From an uncultured virus (IMG/VR IMGVR_UViG_3300027963_000068) (lineage: Duplodnaviria; Heunggongvirae; Uroviricota; Caudoviricetes), in the IMG/VR virus record IMGVR_UViG_3300027963_000068: 64,000 nt of DNA; one strand, written 5' to 3'. The notes below the pieces were generated by a model that was given only the letters and a program-made list of their open reading frames with translations, was not told the DNA's origin and searched no databases. Position numbers and translations under genes: made by a program. How positions within the stretch are numbered: position 1 is the first letter of the stretch; each line of letters opens with the position of its first letter. Below are positions 23,925-36,180 of this stretch, piece by piece.

Positions 23925-26900
23925 ATGTCTGAGATCAAAAGAGTTAAAATCAATCACATTTTAGATTCTCAAATACCAGAGTTTCTAAATGAAGAATCGC
24001 CTACATTTAAACAATTTTTAAATCAATATTATATTTCACAAGAACACCAAACTGGTATAGTTGATTTATCAAATAATCTGGTAAAATATAAAAGTATTGA
24101 AAATTTTAATAATGAAACTTTAATAGACTCTCAGTTACAATCAAAATTAACTTCTTCTATTTTATCATTTGATGATATAATTTATGCATCTCATACAATC
24201 GGATATCCAGACAAATATGGTATATTAAAAATTAACGATGAGATCATTACATATACATCAAAAACACAAAATTCTTTTCTTGGATGTATACGTGGTTTTA
24301 GTGGTATTGAAAATCTTGAAAATAACAATAATCCAGAATTTTTAACTTTTACAAAAACTTTAGCAGAAGACCATTCTGCCGGAACAATAATCAATAACTT
24401 AAATTATATTTTCTTTTTTGAATTTTTTAAAAAATTTAAAAACCAATTTCTGCCAGGATTTGAAGAAAGAAGTTTTACTTCCAATATATCTATCGAAAAT
24501 ATTTTATCAAGAGCAAAGGATTTTTATACAACAAAAGGGACCGATACGTCTTTTAAAATATTATTTAAAGTTCTCTTTGGTGAAGATGTAGAAGTAATTA
24601 AACCTCAAGAATATATGTTGAGGCCATCTGATAATAATTATTTTATAACAAAAAATATTTTAGTAGAAAAAGTTTCTGGTGATGATCCTCTTTTTCTTGC
24701 TGGATCTACTTTGTATCAGCAAGTATCTTCTGGAACTGCTTCAGCTTCAATTTACAATGTCGAATATAGACCAGTTCAAGGTAAGAATTTATATGAAATT
24801 TCTTTAGATTCGACTTCTTTTATTAATAGTTTTGAATTTACCGGAACCACAAAAGTAATTGATTCTATATCAAAAAATTCAACAGTTATTAATGTAGATT
24901 CTACAGTTGGATTTGCATATTCTGGCACCGTAATTGCAAAAACAAATAGCGGAAATATTGAAATAAATTACACAGATAAAACAAATACTCAATTATTAAA
25001 TATTACTGGTCTCATTTATGATTTACAATTTGGTGATTTGATTTATGAAAATAAATTAGCTTATTCTTATGCAGATTCTGATATTGATAACATATCTCCA
25101 ATAAAATTTAGAATTATTAACGTAATAGGAAATGTCAATTTTGACAAATCTTCAAACTTAAGAAAAGGAGATAAAATATCCTTAAGTTCTTTTGGTAAAA
25201 ATATTTCAAAAGATTATAAATTTACAAGTTGGGTTTACAATATTCCAACCAATCATGATATTCAAAATATTGAAATTCTTACAAATAATACTTATAGAAT
25301 ATATTTAAAAGATAATTTAATTGTACATAAAAATCAAAAAATTTATATATTTGACGGCGAAGAACAGATTGAAGCAACAGTTACAAATGTAGAAGATGGT
25401 GATAAAAGAGAAATCAAAAATAGATTTATTATAGAAACATCAAAAACATTAAATTTAAATAATGTAAGTAAAATTAAAAGAAAACTTATAAAATCAAGTT
25501 CTAATATCTTTTCAAATGTTTCAAATATAATTTCATCAGTTCAAAATACATATATTGACAAAAATGAAGAATACTTATATGTTGCTTGTTCTGGTCTTCC
25601 TGATTATCAAATTACATGCACATCAACAGAAAAAAATATTAGTTCTGTTGGATCTGGTACGACCGTTTTAACTACAAACAATCACAATTTCTTAACTGGA
25701 GACAAAATTTATTATAATTCGAATTCTGTTGGAATTTCTACAGGGGTATATTTTGTAACAAAAATAAATGACAACCAAATTAAATTGTCATATAGCAATA
25801 GTGATATTTTTAATGAAAAATTTATTCAAATTGATTATCCAATAACATCAGATCAAATCTACAAACTTGGTTTTGAAAATAAAATAATTAAAGATCAAAA
25901 GTTATTAAAAAAAATCAAATTAAATGATTCTATTGATTATTTTGATGATCCAGAAAATAGAACTACTTTTAATCGACAAGTAGGTATTTTTGCAAATGGT
26001 GTAGAAATATACTCACCCACATTATTTGATGAAAATATTTATTATGGAATGGTCAATTCTATTACAGTCACAAATCCAGGAAAAGATTATGACGTTATAA
26101 ATCCACCAAATTTAATTATTTCAGATTCTATTGGATCTGGTTGTAATGCACATTTGATCCTTTCTGGTTCAATTGAAGAAGTGAAAATCAATTCTCCTGG
26201 AATTGGATATGATAGAAAACCAAAAGTAACTATTTCTGGCGGAAATGGCGAAGGAGCAATATTAGAAACAAATTTAGTCAAATCCAAAATTATTTCTAAA
26301 TTAAAAGCCGATGGAACATCAGTAAATATTAATACAGATACTATTACTTTTTTAAATAATCACAATTTTGATAATCACGAAGAAGTAATCTATTCAACAA
26401 ATGGAAATACGAATATTTCGGGATTAATTGATAAATCTAATTATTTTATAAAAATTGTAAATTCAAAATCAGTAAAATTACATAAAAATAAAAATGATTC
26501 TATAGTTGGCATTAATACAGTTAATATTACTGGAATTAGTTCTGGTTTTCATCAATTTAATACTTTAAATTCAAAAAACACAATTACTAAAATATATGTA
26601 AAAAATAAAGGAAAAAATTATTCAAATAGACTTGTTAAAGTTGCTTCTAGTTTTTATCCTAGTTTTGGAATGGAAATATCTGGAATTAATACTGCAGATA
26701 ATTATATTTTTGCAAAAAATCACGGATTTAAAAATCAAGATTTTATAAAATATTCCTATACTAATACATCAATTTCTGGATTATTATCGACAACAGATTA
26801 CGTAGTAACAGTAGTTGATAAAAATAAATTCAAACTTTCAGAAACTGGAACAGAAATTAATTCAATTAAACAAAATTATTTAAATAAAAAATATGTAAAA

Positions 26901-29900
26901 TTTGATTCTTTGGGTGTTGGAACTCATACTTTTTATTATCCACCAATTCAAATTAATATAGAAACAGTTTCTGGAATTGGATCTACTGCTATTGTTGCAC
27001 CGATATTGACTCCTGTTGTTTTGGGATCTGCCGAAAGTGTATATATTGAAAATGGAGGAAATTCTTATGGAAGTCCAAACATTATCAATTTCCATAGAAG
27101 ACCCAATGTAGAATTATCTTCAATTAGTAAAGCACTACTTAAACCGGTAATTGTAAATGGATCTATCAATGATGTTCAAATTATTTTTGGAGGTAATGGA
27201 TATGATAATGGAACACAAGTAATAATTTATGGTGAAGGAAAATATGCCGACTTAAAACCAATAATTGAAAATGGATCAATTGTAAATTTTTCTATTGTTG
27301 ACGGTGGAGTTGGTTATGCTTCATCAAATACAACATTAAGCGCAGTAAGAAGAGGATCTGATTTAAAATTTGTAGTAGACGTTTTTGAATGGAAAATTGA
27401 TCAAGTTGAAAAAAATAAAAATACAATTCTAGTAAATGGTGGCGATGACGAAACACTTTCATATCCAGCATTAGATTTGAATTTGGGGTTACAACCAATA
27501 AATTTTTATTTGTCAAGACAATTTAGAAAAAATCTTTCAGATAATATTTTAGACAATAATCAAGAACAAACTTCTTCATTTCGACATTCCCCAATTGTGG
27601 GATGGGCATATGATGGAAATCCAATTTATGGTCCATATGGATATGAAAATTTAAATGATACTACCATTAAATTAATTTCATCTAGTTATAGTAAAAAATC
27701 ATTACCAACTAATGATCTTAGACCAAATAATTTTGTAAATGGATTTTTTATTAATGATTATGAATATAATTCTTCCGGAGATTTGGATGAATATAATGGA
27801 AGATATTGCATTACTCCAGAATATCCATATGGGACATATGCTTATTTTACAACATTTGAACTAATATCAAATATATTAAACCCATTATATCCATATGTAA
27901 TTAGTCAAAAATTTAAAGATACGCCAATTTTAGAAAACTTTAATCCAAGTTTTTCACAAAAAACAAACATTTCAACTTATAATATAATTAGAAATTTTAG
28001 TAATTATTATGTAGATTCCATAAATTCTGGTTATGAAATTATTGAAAAAATTTCTCCAAATTTAAAACAAGAATTTATTGTAAAAGATATTAAAAAATCT
28101 GGAATTTCTTCTATTTTTATTGACAATTTTGGTTCAAATTATTCTGTGAATGATGTAATTAAATTTTCTAACACACCAGACGGCACAGGTGTGAGTGCCC
28201 AAATTTCAAGAATATCTGGTAAAAATATATCAAATCTTATAGTTGGAGTGACTACTTTTAATGATGTAATTTTTTATTCAAAGGAAAATACTTTGAATCA
28301 AATTGTAGGAATAACTTCATTTATTCATAATTTAACCACAGGTGATGAAGTAGTTATTTCTGGATTGTCTACAATTTCTCTTTCACAATTAGAAGGTGTT
28401 AAAAATATTTTTGTAAACCAAAAAACGACAGAATTGGTAGAAACATTACAAAATACATCTACGACAGGAATATCAACATATCTTACAGTTAAAGATGTTG
28501 TTGGATTTGAGGTAAGTGATAATATTGGTGTTGGAACGGAATATATGACCATCACCGGTATTGATCCAAAAAAATCTCAAATTTTAGTCAATAGGCAATC
28601 TGGTGGAGGAATTCATACAGTAGGAATTGAAAGCGTAAGACTTCTTACAAATAAATTTGAATTTTTTGAACCAAAAGCAATTGGGTATACAATTCCAGAA
28701 AATAAAACTGTTTACTTTGATCCGACAAATACTATTGGATATGGACAATCTGGATCTACTTATTCTGTTGTAGGTATTGGAACAAGTACAATAAATATCA
28801 GATTTGTTCCAGAAAAATCCATATATCTAGAAAATCATAGATTTTATACTGGACAACCATTGGCATATAATTATTCTGCAGGAGCTGGAATTAGTGCATA
28901 TTCGGAGTCTAATGGAGCACCAATAACATTAAATAATAATCAAATTGTATATGCTGTAAATTTTGGAAATAATTTTCTTGGTATTTCAACTCTAGGATTT
29001 ACTACTTCTGTTGGTATTGGAACAACATTAAATTCGGTAACGTTTTTATATAATTCTTCCGTTGGTTATTCGCATTCATTGACAACATATTATCCAAAAA
29101 TTACTGGAAGAGTTCAAAACTATGCGGGAATTGTAACAACTTCTGATCCTCATGGTTTGTTTAACGGAGATAAAATTAAATTTACAGTTCTTCCGTCAAG
29201 AGAAGAAAGTATTAAATTTAGATTTGATAGAAAAAATAAAAAAATAACAACCGATTTGATAGGTATTTCTACTAATTTTGTTTCCATAGGGGGAACTTCA
29301 AATATTAATATTCCAAATAATAATTTAAAAACAGGAGATAAAGTAATATACTATGCAGGAAATGTAGGTATTGGAGGGTTGATTGATAATGCGATTTATT
29401 ATGTAATTAAACAAAATCCAGACAAAATACAATTATCAAATTATGCATATGATGCATCCATTGGAATTGGAATCACATTTACCTCTGTTGGTGTAGGTAC
29501 TCATAATATCGCACTCATAAATCCTCCATTATCTTTTACCAAAGGGGATGTAATTACTTTTGATGTATCAGATTTATCTTTAAATGATTTAAAATTAGAA
29601 TTTTACAAAGATCAAAATTTTCAAAAAAGATTCGAAATAGATAAAAAGAAAACAAATTCATTAGCCATTGATAGATCTGGCGTTGCTGTTACAATAACAA
29701 CAAATCAAAGAAATATTCCAAATTTGCTTTATTATAAGTTTTCCTCAACTTCTCTTTTTGATATCGATGCTTTTCGATTGTCTTCTGATTTTGAAGTATT
29801 TGGAAATAATAAAATTGACATTAGGCAAAGTTTATTGAATAGTGACTATTCAATAATAGGAATTAATTCTACTTCATTTAAATTCAATTTAAAACAAAAA

Positions 29901-32900
29901 CCAGAAGATACTTCATACACACAAACATCGGGTATTTCATCGGTTTTTTATGATACAGATTCAATCAATTCTACTGGTTCAATATCAAAAGTAAGAATCA
30001 ATTCTAAAGGAAAATCTTATTCAAAAATTCCTTCAATTGTTTCAATTGCAAGTACAACTGGAAGTGGCGCAATTTTATATCCAACTTCAGAAGAAATTGG
30101 AAAAATAATATCAATTGACAGAATCAAAGATGGGTTTGATTATCCGACAGATCCTACAACTTTACCGCAATTAAGTATTCCAGCGGTTTGTATTATCAAA
30201 GACATTGCTAGAATAGATTATGTTGGAATTTTAACATCTGGAAAAAATTACAATACACCACCCAAATTGAAAATAATAGGAAATAATGATATTGAAATAT
30301 ATGCAGGAATTCAAGGTGGATCAGTTGTTTCTGTAAATATTTTAAAAAACTCTTATAATTTAAAAGAACCACTTAGAATTGTTCCATATAATAATTCAAA
30401 TGGATATGAAATAGATTCAATTTATGCTAGTGCTACTAGTGGTATAGGAACAATTGAATTAGTTAATGACCCTGTTTTATATCCATACATTTCTACAGGG
30501 TATGGAACTACTGAAATTGATTTTCCATTTTCTGTAGGAGATAAGATCTTTATCGAAAAATGCAGATTGACACCTTCATCTTCTGGATTAGCAAATTTCA
30601 ATTCAAAAGATTATGGATATAATTTTTTTACAGTAACAGGTGTAAACACTACAAATTTTGTTGTAAACTATTCAATGTCTGGTTTACAGACAGGAACATT
30701 TGGAAATTATAATAACTTATTAACACTTGGATATGTTGTTAATAAAAAAGATATGGCAGAATTTCAGATGGTTCTAATTGATGATGCAAATTATAATTCT
30801 GGCGAAAGAGTTATTTCTGGATCTACATTTTCTGCAAAAGTTATGGAAAATGGGTGGGACAATGATACTAATCAATTAAGATTGATAGATGTTCAGGGAA
30901 CATTAAATATTGAAGATAAACTTTATGGAGAGGAATCAAAATTAAATGGAACAGTCAAATATGTAAGTAAATTTTCTTTGGACTCTGACTTAAATGTTTT
31001 TAGAGAAAAAATTAATGATTTTGGTGATAAAGTTGGATTTTTAAATGATTATCAACAAAGAATTTCTGATAATGATTACTATCAAAAATTCTCATATTCG
31101 ATTAAAGGACAAATACCATATTCAACTTGGAAAGAATCTGTAAAATCAATTGTACATCCATCTGGATTTAAAGAATTTTCTGATTTAGTTATTACGGGAA
31201 TAGTAACTTCTGGTCCATTAAATCTTGGTGTTGGAAAATCAACAAATATGAAAGTAAACGCTGTAAATCCAGATCCATTTTTACTTGTAAATATAGACAA
31301 TACCGCAGATTTATCTGTTAAAAATAATTTTGCTATGGTATATGAAGATGATCAATTAGATGATGGATCAGTTGAAAGAATATTTTTCTTAGAAGGAATT
31401 GCTCTTAGATCTTATACATTAAATAAAACAAACAAAGTTTATATGATTGATGATATCAGTAATCAATTTACTGGTTTTACTACCACTATTGGTGGTTCGA
31501 TTGTTGGTTTGTCAAGTTTTAAATTAAAAAGTAAAGGTGATCCGATTTTTTATAAAGAGTTTGTTGGATCTGCTAGCACGATTATTGATTTATCAAATGA
31601 TAAATTTATCATCCCAAATCATGGATTTCAATCTGGGCAAGAAATAATTTATAATCCTGGCGTTGGAACAAGAATTGGTATTGCTACCACATCATATGCA
31701 ACGGGAACTCTTGATATATTAATGAAAGTTGGTGCAGGAATAGGAAGTGCAATATATGAAAATGGATATAATAATTATGTTCCATATATTGGAATTGTTA
31801 CTGGTATTAGTAGTACAGTTTCTCCTGGAATTTTTTCACAATATTTTGGATTTGGTAATTCAATTCCTGGAGTGGTAAATATTGGAATTGGAACAGGAGC
31901 ACTATTTCAAGTTCTTATTACTTATAATAGTAGCACTGGTAATCCTATTGGAACATCAGTTCAGTTAATTGATGGAGGAAGTGGATATTCCGTTGGGCAA
32001 CAAATTTCAATTGCTGGAACTTATATGGGTGGTGCAACCCCCACAAATAATTTATATTTTACAATATCAAGAGTTTCTACAACCAGAGCTGGAACTGTAA
32101 ATACGACATATGTAAGTGTTGCATCTACTTCTAGTGGGATTGGAACTGGTGCAATATTCAATGTAACAAGAGACGCAAATAAAGATATTTCTGAAGTAAG
32201 GATTGTAAATGGAGGAACAGGATATGCATCAACAGATCAAATTATAATTTCTGGTTCTAATGTTGGTGGGTCTACTCCAGCAGATAACGTATACTTATCT
32301 CCAACCTTATTGGGGACCAATAAACTTCCATCAAATATATTTGTCAAAAAAATTGATACAAATAATTTTCAAGTTTCTGGTTTTTCAACAACTTTGAATA
32401 TTCCGTTCAATTTGACATCACTTACGACTGGAACTCAATCATTTAGTTTTAAAAATCCAAATGAAAATGTGATAATTTCGATTGATAATATTATTCAAAG
32501 TCCAATTCATAGAAAAAAAATATTACTGGGTCTTTCTACATCTATTGGTATTGGTTCTACAAGTGTATACATATCTTCCGGAATCAGCTCTGTTTTTAAT
32601 AATGATATTCTCCAAATTGATAATGAATATCTAAAAGTCAATTCTGTTGGAGTTGGTTCTACTAATGTTTTAAACGTAACTAGAGCATTTATGGGATCCG
32701 TTGCTGTTGGGCATACTGTTGGGGCAGCTACAACAATAGTGAAAGGAGATTTTAATATTATTGATGATGTAATATATTTTTCAACTCCTCCTTATGGTCC
32801 ATCAATTGCATCAACCGATCCACAATTAATTCAAAATTCATCTTTTTCTGGAAGAGTATTTTCGAGACAATTGGATGCATATAATCCAGTTGATAATAAT

Positions 32901-35900
32901 TTAATTTTGGATGATATATCGGATCAATTTACTGGTATTGCAGCTACAACATTTGTATTATCGTCAAACAATCAGCCAGTTGCTGGAATTTTTACAAGTA
33001 CAAATAGTAGCACAAACATAAACAACAAACCATTTATTCTAATTAATAATATTTTCCAAACTCCAGAAGTTGATTATACAATTGATACACCAAATACAAA
33101 TACGATTAAGTTTTTAACTGGTGCTCCAAGTGCAGGTAAAATTGTAAATGTTGCAATTACAACTGGGTTTGGTTATCAACCCCTGATTGGTGCCGCAGCA
33201 ACTGTTTCTGTATCAGCGGGTGGAACAATCAATTCAATCACCCTGAAAGGCGCTGGGAGTGGGTATAGAACGTCTCCGATTGTAAGTATTGCATCAACTG
33301 TTGGGTCTGGTGCTTCAATTTCTGCGATTGTTGGGGCTGGAGGAACAATAACGTCACTATCTATTATAAACGGAGGTATTGGATATACTGTCACATCATT
33401 GCCAGTTGCAGTAATAAGTTTACCATTACCTTACAGCAATTTAGGCGTTGCTTACACGGGTGGATCTAGTGGAAATGGAATAGGGGCAAAGGTTTCAGTT
33501 CAAGTTGGAAATGGGTCAAGTATTATTCAGTTCAATATAGACAACCCAGGAATTGGATATAAAGTTGGCGATGTATTATCTGTTGTGGGTTTGACCACAA
33601 ATCCAAACATAGGAACATCATTCAGTGAATTTAGAATTACCGTAAATGAAACACTAACAGATAAATTTAGTGGATTTTTTGTTGGACAGTTTATATCATT
33701 TGATGATATTTCTGTATATTTTAATGGATCAAGAACCAAATTCACATTAACACAAACTGTAAGTGGTGTTACTGATGTTGTAGATCTAAAGAAAAAACCA
33801 GGTTCTGATATAGAATTGGAAAATAATTTATTCATATATTTAAATGATATACTACAAATTCCAAATGAATCATATACTATTTTAGGAAGTAGAATATTCT
33901 TTAAAGAACCACCAAAACCTGGATCAAAATGTAGTGTTCTATTTTTTAAAGGATCTGTTCGAGATGTTGAAACTATTACTCCAGTAAAAACAATTAAAGA
34001 TGGTGATGGTGTTCAAATTGGAGAAAACATTTATGACAATTTAGATATTGAACAGTTTGAACGAATTGTTAAAAAAATCGTTTCGAGTGATCAACTTGAC
34101 ACTTATAATTATGATAGTATAGGTATTAATACGAATACAAATAAACAAAGACCTCTTAAATGGACTAAACAAAAACAAGATAGAATTATTAATGGATCTT
34201 TAGTATCAAAAGCAAGACCAAGTTTAATACCAACAATTAGACCAACAACAAGAATAATTAAAAATGTAAATATTGAAGATACTTCAATATATGTAAGCAG
34301 TGCATTTCCGTTATTTAATACATTAGACTCATTACCAGAAGAAGATGCTAATATTTTAATTGTCGAAACTAGAGATACAGATTCTGCAATAGCAACAGCA
34401 ATAGTTTCTGTTGCTAGTACAATTTCTTCAATTGCAATTTCAACAGGTGGAATTGGATATGCATATACAACATCACCAAATGTTGCAATTTCGTCAATTT
34501 CTGTACAATTAAAAGATCCAATTTTAAACTGGACATTATCTTCTGGTCTTTCTACTAATACTTCCCTGTTTTCAATTACCAATGGAAATCCAATAGTTTC
34601 TGTGGGTCAAAGTGGTGTTGTTGCAATTACAACAGATGCAAAAAATTACAGTTCAATTTTGAATGTGGGATTTGCTAAGACTGTATCATTTAATTCAGTT
34701 TCTTTTGCCTCGACTAATACTTATATTGCAGTTGGTAATAATGGAAAAATAATTAAAGCAATTGGTTATGGAACAACAATATCTTCTTGGACAGAAATGA
34801 AAAAATATGAAGAATTTTCACAGTTTGGCATTATCACAAGATCTGAAAGTTCTTATATTTCATCTTTAACTAATGTTAACTATTTTTCAGATATTGGTAA
34901 GTGGGTTTCTGTCGGATATGGAGGAGCAATTTTTTCTGCAGTTGGTGTTGGATCAACTTCATTTACTAAAGTCGCATCAAATACTTCTAGTAATTTTAAA
35001 TCCATAGCATATGGAGCATCAAAACTAATTGCAGTAGGTGATGATGGTACAGTTTCGACATCATCAAATGGACAATTCTGGGACACAGATATAATTACAT
35101 CAAATAATTTAAATAAAATTATTTGGGATGGGGCAAAATTTATTGTAGTGGGTAATTCAAATTCTATATTTATATCATTTTTTGGTGTTACTTGGGAACA
35201 AATAACACCAAATATTAATGGTAATTTTGTTAACATTAATTATAATACATCATATGAATTGTATACATTATTAAACTCAAATGGTATATTGTATTATTCT
35301 TTTGATTTGATAAATTGGACATTTAGATCGACAAATCAATCAAATATTATAAATGATATTTTATATGTTCCAAATAATGATGGTTATGTTTTAATTGGTG
35401 TTGGAGCAACTTCAATATATTCTACTGCTGTTTATAATTTTGCTACAGCAACATCAAATTCCACATCGGGCATCGTAACTTCAATTTCAATTACAAATCC
35501 TGGGTTTGGTTATAATCAAAATAATCCACCAAAAATATTAATACAACCAGACAAAGCATTAATTGAGCAAATAGTTTCCATAAAATCAAAAGGAGATCAT
35601 GGATTAATTGTTGGGGTGGATACAAGTTTGGGATATGGATCGACTCTACCACAACTAATTTTTAGATTAAAATCAGAATCTTATGATAATACAACTTTAG
35701 GAATTGGTTATTCTGCTCTTGACAGTTTTGGAATATCAAATAGTGGAATATCGACAGGTGACTACTTTATCATTTACGATAGTAATGTACAATGTGGACA
35801 TGCTTTGACTGGAATTACAACTACAAACAATATAATAACAAATGTCGGAACGGCAAATACGTTTATTGATGGAGTTTATTATGCAGAGAACGTACAATCT

Positions 35901-36158
35901 TCTGGGGTTGGTATTGTTACTGTATTTTGTAAATTTTTACCTAGTCCCAATCATGTAAATCAAATTATAGTTAACGCAGATCCATTAAATAGACCAAATG
36001 GTTTTTATGGGAAATATAGTTGGGGTAAGATTTATGATTATCAAAATAGGGGAATTGGTATTCCAAAAAACTTTACAATAAATACAAATAATGGATTAGT
36101 TGGTTTATCTTCTGCACCAGAAGTGACCAGAACCAGAGGTTTGTTTAAAGGTAAATAA
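23925..36158 (+). CDS. gp7: Giant baseplate wedge initiator (gp7-like), 4077 aa
   Basis: Between gp6 and gp8; QIPEF, DFYTTKGT..SFKILFKVLFG, DNDYYQKFSY...W...VK..VHPSG; YHYH-like and propeller-like inserts. Confidence 0.8.
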   Translation: MSEIKRVKINHILDSQIPEFLNEESPTFKQFLNQYYISQEHQTGIVDLSNNLVKYKSIENFNNETLIDSQLQSKLTSSILSFDDIIYASHTIGYPDKYGILKINDEIITYTSKTQNSFLGCIRGFSGIENLENNNNPEFLTFTKTLAEDHSAGTIINNLNYIFFFEFFKKFKNQFLPGFEERSFTSNISIENILSRAKDFYTTKGTDTSFKILFKVLFGEDVEVIKPQEYMLRPSDNNYFITKNILVEKVSGDDPLFLAGSTLYQQVSSGTASASIYNVEYRPVQGKNLYEISLDSTSFINSFEFTGTTKVIDSISKNSTVINVDSTVGFAYSGTVIAKTNSGNIEINYTDKTNTQLLNITGLIYDLQFGDLIYENKLAYSYADSDIDNISPIKFRIINVIGNVNFDKSSNLRKGDKISLSSFGKNISKDYKFTSWVYNIPTNHDIQNIEILTNNTYRIYLKDNLIVHKNQKIYIFDGEEQIEATVTNVEDGDKREIKNRFIIETSKTLNLNNVSKIKRKLIKSSSNIFSNVSNIISSVQNTYIDKNEEYLYVACSGLPDYQITCTSTEKNISSVGSGTTVLTTNNHNFLTGDKIYYNSNSVGISTGVYFVTKINDNQIKLSYSNSDIFNEKFIQIDYPITSDQIYKLGFENKIIKDQKLLKKIKLNDSIDYFDDPENRTTFNRQVGIFANGVEIYSPTLFDENIYYGMVNSITVTNPGKDYDVINPPNLIISDSIGSGCNAHLILSGSIEEVKINSPGIGYDRKPKVTISGGNGEGAILETNLVKSKIISKLKADGTSVNINTDTITFLNNHNFDNHEEVIYSTNGNTNISGLIDKSNYFIKIVNSKSVKLHKNKNDSIVGINTVNITGISSGFHQFNTLNSKNTITKIYVKNKGKNYSNRLVKVASSFYPSFGMEISGINTADNYIFAKNHGFKNQDFIKYSYTNTSISGLLSTTDYVVTVVDKNKFKLSETGTEINSIKQNYLNKKYVKFDSLGVGTHTFYYPPIQINIETVSGIGSTAIVAPILTPVVLGSAESVYIENGGNSYGSPNIINFHRRPNVELSSISKALLKPVIVNGSINDVQIIFGGNGYDNGTQVIIYGEGKYADLKPIIENGSIVNFSIVDGGVGYASSNTTLSAVRRGSDLKFVVDVFEWKIDQVEKNKNTILVNGGDDETLSYPALDLNLGLQPINFYLSRQFRKNLSDNILDNNQEQTSSFRHSPIVGWAYDGNPIYGPYGYENLNDTTIKLISSSYSKKSLPTNDLRPNNFVNGFFINDYEYNSSGDLDEYNGRYCITPEYPYGTYAYFTTFELISNILNPLYPYVISQKFKDTPILENFNPSFSQKTNISTYNIIRNFSNYYVDSINSGYEIIEKISPNLKQEFIVKDIKKSGISSIFIDNFGSNYSVNDVIKFSNTPDGTGVSAQISRISGKNISNLIVGVTTFNDVIFYSKENTLNQIVGITSFIHNLTTGDEVVISGLSTISLSQLEGVKNIFVNQKTTELVETLQNTSTTGISTYLTVKDVVGFEVSDNIGVGTEYMTITGIDPKKSQILVNRQSGGGIHTVGIESVRLLTNKFEFFEPKAIGYTIPENKTVYFDPTNTIGYGQSGSTYSVVGIGTSTINIRFVPEKSIYLENHRFYTGQPLAYNYSAGAGISAYSESNGAPITLNNNQIVYAVNFGNNFLGISTLGFTTSVGIGTTLNSVTFLYNSSVGYSHSLTTYYPKITGRVQNYAGIVTTSDPHGLFNGDKIKFTVLPSREESIKFRFDRKNKKITTDLIGISTNFVSIGGTSNINIPNNNLKTGDKVIYYAGNVGIGGLIDNAIYYVIKQNPDKIQLSNYAYDASIGIGITFTSVGVGTHNIALINPPLSFTKGDVITFDVSDLSLNDLKLEFYKDQNFQKRFEIDKKKTNSLAIDRSGVAVTITTNQRNIPNLLYYKFSSTSLFDIDAFRLSSDFEVFGNNKIDIRQSLLNSDYSIIGINSTSFKFNLKQKPEDTSYTQTSGISSVFYDTDSINSTGSISKVRINSKGKSYSKIPSIVSIASTTGSGAILYPTSEEIGKIISIDRIKDGFDYPTDPTTLPQLSIPAVCIIKDIARIDYVGILTSGKNYNTPPKLKIIGNNDIEIYAGIQGGSVVSVNILKNSYNLKEPLRIVPYNNSNGYEIDSIYASATSGIGTIELVNDPVLYPYISTGYGTTEIDFPFSVGDKIFIEKCRLTPSSSGLANFNSKDYGYNFFTVTGVNTTNFVVNYSMSGLQTGTFGNYNNLLTLGYVVNKKDMAEFQMVLIDDANYNSGERVISGSTFSAKVMENGWDNDTNQLRLIDVQGTLNIEDKLYGEESKLNGTVKYVSKFSLDSDLNVFREKINDFGDKVGFLNDYQQRISDNDYYQKFSYSIKGQIPYSTWKESVKSIVHPSGFKEFSDLVITGIVTSGPLNLGVGKSTNMKVNAVNPDPFLLVNIDNTADLSVKNNFAMVYEDDQLDDGSVERIFFLEGIALRSYTLNKTNKVYMIDDISNQFTGFTTTIGGSIVGLSSFKLKSKGDPIFYKEFVGSASTIIDLSNDKFIIPNHGFQSGQEIIYNPGVGTRIGIATTSYATGTLDILMKVGAGIGSAIYENGYNNYVPYIGIVTGISSTVSPGIFSQYFGFGNSIPGVVNIGIGTGALFQVLITYNSSTGNPIGTSVQLIDGGSGYSVGQQISIAGTYMGGATPTNNLYFTISRVSTTRAGTVNTTYVSVASTSSGIGTGAIFNVTRDANKDISEVRIVNGGTGYASTDQIIISGSNVGGSTPADNVYLSPTLLGTNKLPSNIFVKKIDTNNFQVSGFSTTLNIPFNLTSLTTGTQSFSFKNPNENVIISIDNIIQSPIHRKKILLGLSTSIGIGSTSVYISSGISSVFNNDILQIDNEYLKVNSVGVGSTNVLNVTRAFMGSVAVGHTVGAATTIVKGDFNIIDDVIYFSTPPYGPSIASTDPQLIQNSSFSGRVFSRQLDAYNPVDNNLILDDISDQFTGIAATTFVLSSNNQPVAGIFTSTNSSTNINNKPFILINNIFQTPEVDYTIDTPNTNTIKFLTGAPSAGKIVNVAITTGFGYQPLIGAAATVSVSAGGTINSITLKGAGSGYRTSPIVSIASTVGSGASISAIVGAGGTITSLSIINGGIGYTVTSLPVAVISLPLPYSNLGVAYTGGSSGNGIGAKVSVQVGNGSSIIQFNIDNPGIGYKVGDVLSVVGLTTNPNIGTSFSEFRITVNETLTDKFSGFFVGQFISFDDISVYFNGSRTKFTLTQTVSGVTDVVDLKKKPGSDIELENNLFIYLNDILQIPNESYTILGSRIFFKEPPKPGSKCSVLFFKGSVRDVETITPVKTIKDGDGVQIGENIYDNLDIEQFERIVKKIVSSDQLDTYNYDSIGINTNTNKQRPLKWTKQKQDRIINGSLVSKARPSLIPTIRPTTRIIKNVNIEDTSIYVSSAFPLFNTLDSLPEEDANILIVETRDTDSAIATAIVSVASTISSIAISTGGIGYAYTTSPNVAISSISVQLKDPILNWTLSSGLSTNTSLFSITNGNPIVSVGQSGVVAITTDAKNYSSILNVGFAKTVSFNSVSFASTNTYIAVGNNGKIIKAIGYGTTISSWTEMKKYEEFSQFGIITRSESSYISSLTNVNYFSDIGKWVSVGYGGAIFSAVGVGSTSFTKVASNTSSNFKSIAYGASKLIAVGDDGTVSTSSNGQFWDTDIITSNNLNKIIWDGAKFIVVGNSNSIFISFFGVTWEQITPNINGNFVNINYNTSYELYTLLNSNGILYYSFDLINWTFRSTNQSNIINDILYVPNNDGYVLIGVGATSIYSTAVYNFATATSNSTSGIVTSISITNPGFGYNQNNPPKILIQPDKALIEQIVSIKSKGDHGLIVGVDTSLGYGSTLPQLIFRLKSESYDNTTLGIGYSALDSFGISNSGISTGDYFIIYDSNVQCGHALTGITTTNNIITNVGTANTFIDGVYYAENVQSSGVGIVTVFCKFLPSPNHVNQIIVNADPLNRPNGFYGKYSWGKIYDYQNRGIGIPKNFTINTNNGLVGLSSAPEVTRTRGLFKGK

Positions 36159-36180
36159 ATAAATATAAACTATCACAAAA

